Source: Candidatus Omnitrophota bacterium (lineage in GTDB: Bacteria; Omnitrophota; Gorgyraeia; Zapsychrales; JANLHA01). From it: DNA of 64,000 bases. A program made the translations under genes and the position numbers. Positions 61,431 through 64,000 of this stretch are shown here, in pieces (the first letter of the stretch is position 1; the number at the start of each line of letters is the position of its first letter). Location of the stretch: the NCBI GenBank assembly GCA_022711395.1, contig JAKLFA010000001.1:323277-387276 (forward strand). The letters run 5' to 3'. The notes under the pieces were generated by a model. The model saw nothing but the letters and a program-made list of their open reading frames with translations, did no database searches and was not told the origin of the DNA.

Positions 61431-63203
61431 ATGAGGAAAGCACTCTCCCCAACAATCATTTCTGCCCTTTTTGTTTTGTCCGCGCTTTTCTTTTTAAGCT
61501 CAGCTGAAGCAGCATCCGCTCCTTCAGGCTCACCCTACGGAGGGAATCTTGTCCTGGCTTCTCTGGGGGACCCCAAATCATTTAATCCGGTCATCGCCCA
61601 GGAAGTTTCCACGACCATGGTCACATCGTTTATTTTTGAAGGATTGACGACTGCTGACCCGGAAACGCTCAAAGTCATGCCGAACCTGGCCAAAGACTGG
61701 CAGGTCAGCGAGGACGGATTGACCTGGACCTTCATTCTGAGGGAGGATGTGCGCTGGAACGATGGCGCGCCGTTCACGGCGGAAGATGTCGTTTTTACTT
61801 TTAACGACCTGATCTATAACGACGCGGTGCCGAATTCCGCGCGGGATGTTTTTACGATCGACGGGCAGCCGTTTGAGGTCAGAAAGCTTGATGACCACAG
61901 AGTTCAGTTCATCCTTCCCAAACCGTTCTCGCCTTTTTTAAGGGCCATGAGCCAGGAGATCCTTCCTAAACATATCCTTGCTGATGTGGTGAAAGAGGGA
62001 AAATTCAGCTTTCACTGGGGCATTGATGCCAGGCCGCAGGAGATCGTGGGGACCGGCCCTTTTCAACTGGATCGATATTCGCCTGGGGAACGAGTGGAGT
62101 TCAAGCGGAACCCGTATTATTGGAAAAGGTCCGGGGAGGGCGATGAGCTTCCTTATCTCGATGGGATCATCATGATGATCATCCAGAATCAGGACCTGAT
62201 CGTTCTTAAGTTCCTGGAAGGGGAATTGGACTATTGCCCTGTGCGCGGGATGGATTTTCCGATCCTTAAGCCTCGCGAACGGGAGGGCAATTATACTGTT
62301 TTTGAAGTTGGCGCGGATTTTGGAACAAGCTTTATTGTTTTTAATCAGAACCGGCGGTCCAATCCTGATACGGAAAAACCGTTCGTTGAGCCGCACAAAT
62401 TGCGTTGGTTCACAGACCTGCGGTTTCGAAAGGCTGTCGCGCATGTGATCGATAAGGCGCGGATGATCGAGATCGTGAAGAACGGCCTGGGGTATCCGCA
62501 GCATGCCGCCATGAGCCCCAGCGCCGGGTTTTATTACAATGAACATGTCCAGACTTACGCCTATGATCTGGCGCGGGCAAAAAAAATTTTAGAGGATGCC
62601 GGTTATAAGGACCGAGACTCCGACGGAATCATTGAAGATGATCGCGGCATTCCGGTCGAATTCAATCTGTATACCAATGCCGGCAATGTGGAACGTGAGA
62701 AGATCGCCGCCATGATCCGCCACGACCTTTCGTTATTGGGGATGAAGGTCAATTTTTTGGGCGTTGAGTTCAACGCCCTTATCCAGAAGCTGAACGCCAC
62801 CTATGATTGGGACGCGATCCTTTTGGGGTTGACCGGAGGGGTCGAGCCGCACTTCGGACGGAATGTCTGGCATTCGTCGGGGCAATTGCATGTCTGGTCC
62901 CCCATGCAGAGCGAGCCGGCCACGGATTGGGAGGCGCGCGTTGACCGGATCTTTGATGCGGCGGTCCAGGAGCTTGATGAGGATAAGCGCAAGATCCTTT
63001 ATGATGAATGGCAAAGGATCGTTTCAGAAGAACTGCCGTTGATCTACACGATCTTAGGAGGAAATATTTTTGCGGTCCGCGACCGCTTTGGGAATTTAAG
63101 GCCCACGGCCTACGGCGGCGCGTTCCATAACATTGAGGAAATATATATTAAGACACACGACACACGACGCATGACACAGGGGGTTATGAAGGGGAATGAA
63201 TGA
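61431..63203 (+). CDS. ABC transporter substrate-binding protein, family 5 (OppA/DppA/NikA-like)
   Basis: Signal peptide, then SBP_bac_5 blocks (GGNLVLASLGDPKSFNP, DGLTWTFILREDVRWNDG). Confidence 0.85.
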   Translation: MRKALSPTIISALFVLSALFFLSSAEAASAPSGSPYGGNLVLASLGDPKSFNPVIAQEVSTTMVTSFIFEGLTTADPETLKVMPNLAKDWQVSEDGLTWTFILREDVRWNDGAPFTAEDVVFTFNDLIYNDAVPNSARDVFTIDGQPFEVRKLDDHRVQFILPKPFSPFLRAMSQEILPKHILADVVKEGKFSFHWGIDARPQEIVGTGPFQLDRYSPGERVEFKRNPYYWKRSGEGDELPYLDGIIMMIIQNQDLIVLKFLEGELDYCPVRGMDFPILKPREREGNYTVFEVGADFGTSFIVFNQNRRSNPDTEKPFVEPHKLRWFTDLRFRKAVAHVIDKARMIEIVKNGLGYPQHAAMSPSAGFYYNEHVQTYAYDLARAKKILEDAGYKDRDSDGIIEDDRGIPVEFNLYTNAGNVEREKIAAMIRHDLSLLGMKVNFLGVEFNALIQKLNATYDWDAILLGLTGGVEPHFGRNVWHSSGQLHVWSPMQSEPATDWEARVDRIFDAAVQELDEDKRKILYDEWQRIVSEELPLIYTILGGNIFAVRDRFGNLRPTAYGGAFHNIEEIYIKTHDTRRMTQGVMKGNE

Positions 63204-63245
63204 GATGTTTTGATTCTCCGTGTGTCTTGTGCCATGTGTCCTGCA
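63152..63245 (+). repeat. GACACA-rich motif copy plus partial inverted copy
   Basis: agacacacgacacacgacgcatgacacagg shares 19/21 nt with 36501-36521. The downstream ctccgtgtgtcttgtgccatgtgtcctg is its partial reverse complement. It spans the stop of the SBP gene. Confidence 0.3.
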
Positions 63246-63261
63246 ACGTTTAAAGGTTTTT

Positions 63262-64000
63262 ATGGTTAAATACATTCTCAAACGATTGCTCATTGCGTTT
63301 CCCATGCTTCTGGTCATGGCCCTGTTGACGTTTGTCTTGATGCAGAAAACAGCCGGGAATTATTATGACCTTTTGAAAATGGATCCGCGTGTCTCGCCGG
63401 AAACAGTTGAACGCTATGTCCGTTTGTATCAGCTGGACCGTCCGGTCCTGGTCCAGTTCTTGAGCTGGGCTAAAAATCTGTTCAGGTTGGAATTTGGATA
63501 TTCCTTTTATTACAACATTCCTGTTAAGAATGTCATCGCGGGACGATTGCTCAATACGTTTATCCTGTCTTTTGCCAGTATCCTGGTGACCTGGCTGATC
63601 GCCATTCCGCTGGGGACGTTCGCGGCGCTTAACCGCAACCGTTTTTGGGACCGTTTTATACAAACATGTTCATATTTTGCTTTATCGACCCCGAGCTTCT
63701 TTCTGGCAATGCTGTTGCTGTATCTGGGAAGCCGCAGCGGCTGGATCCCTCTGGGCGGCATGCGAAGCGCTCATTATGCTGAATTATCGCTGGCGGGCAA
63801 ATGCTTTGACCTTTTGGGCCATTTGATCATACCGGTTGCGGCCCTTTCTGTCGCTTCGATCGGAGCGTTGCAGCGAATTATGCGCGGTAATATGCTGGAG
63901 GTCCTGGGACAGCAGTATATTCTTACAGCCCGGGCCAAAGGCCTGCCCGAGCACCGGGTGATCTTTCGTCACGCGCTGCGCAATGCTTTAAACCCTTTGG
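63262..64000 (+). CDS. ABC transporter permease (OppB/DppB-like), 5' partial in window
   Basis: MVKYILKRLLIAFPMLLVMALLTFVLMQ N-terminus. Reading frame open to the window end. Confidence 0.85.
   Translation, partial: MVKYILKRLLIAFPMLLVMALLTFVLMQKTAGNYYDLLKMDPRVSPETVERYVRLYQLDRPVLVQFLSWAKNLFRLEFGYSFYYNIPVKNVIAGRLLNTFILSFASILVTWLIAIPLGTFAALNRNRFWDRFIQTCSYFALSTPSFFLAMLLLYLGSRSGWIPLGGMRSAHYAELSLAGKCFDLLGHLIIPVAALSVASIGALQRIMRGNMLEVLGQQYILTARAKGLPEHRVIFRHALRNALNPL

Overview
This 64 kb window is a gene-dense chromosomal segment of an anaerobic, probably diderm bacterium. Indicators are PFOR, a class III RNR, an Mla system, an OMP with a C-terminal Phe, an LPS/O-antigen locus and many single-domain CheY-like receivers. 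No rRNA, tRNA, CRISPR array, transposase or integrase was seen.

Gene order, left to right:
- PIF1-like helicase, metY, a PhnD-like/PAS sensor kinase plus receiver.
- An NrdR-box promoter driving nrdDG, and a GT-C-like membrane protein.
- A convergent receiver gene, PFOR, a DHOD-like flavoprotein, and a membrane-fused spermidine-synthase-like protein.
- A minus-strand operon: NosR-like FMN/Fe-S membrane protein, an AmmeMemoRadiSam-type radical SAM enzyme (AmrS), and a small Tat-motif ORF.
- htrA, a second radical SAM enzyme, an HK/LuxR-RR/CBS set, an OMP, an acidic protein, a receiver, metH, a receiver, mlaEFD, a small zinc-ribbon ORF, an AsmA-like protein and ccdA.
- An EndoQ-like PHP nuclease coupled to a compact UvrD-like helicase, a coiled-coil protein, and metF on the minus strand.
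- A ~19 kb surface-glycan locus (39.4-58.8 kb): CDP-dideoxyhexose genes rfbE-like/rfbF/rfbG/rfbH, fcl, a WecB/TagA glycosyltransferase, wzx, then an AT-rich central island, then wbaP-like, gmd and a second Wzy_C protein. The island (46.6-55.0 kb) carries methyltransferases, a LicD-like nucleotidyltransferase-fold protein, a ParB/Srx-like protein, a GT9, two Wzy_C-type proteins, a GT2 and a GT-C-like membrane protein. It ends in two truncated gene remnants.
- pgk-tpiA-secG behind a consensus promoter, then the start of an Opp/Dpp-type ABC transporter.

The most unusual items are three. First, an AmrS-type radical SAM enzyme lacks AMMECR1/Memo partners in the window and is instead coupled to a flavinylatable NosR-like membrane polyferredoxin. 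Second, the AT-rich glycan island carries a LicD-like plus ParB/Srx-like pair. Third, duplicated 5' gene fragments mark a recombination junction in that island.
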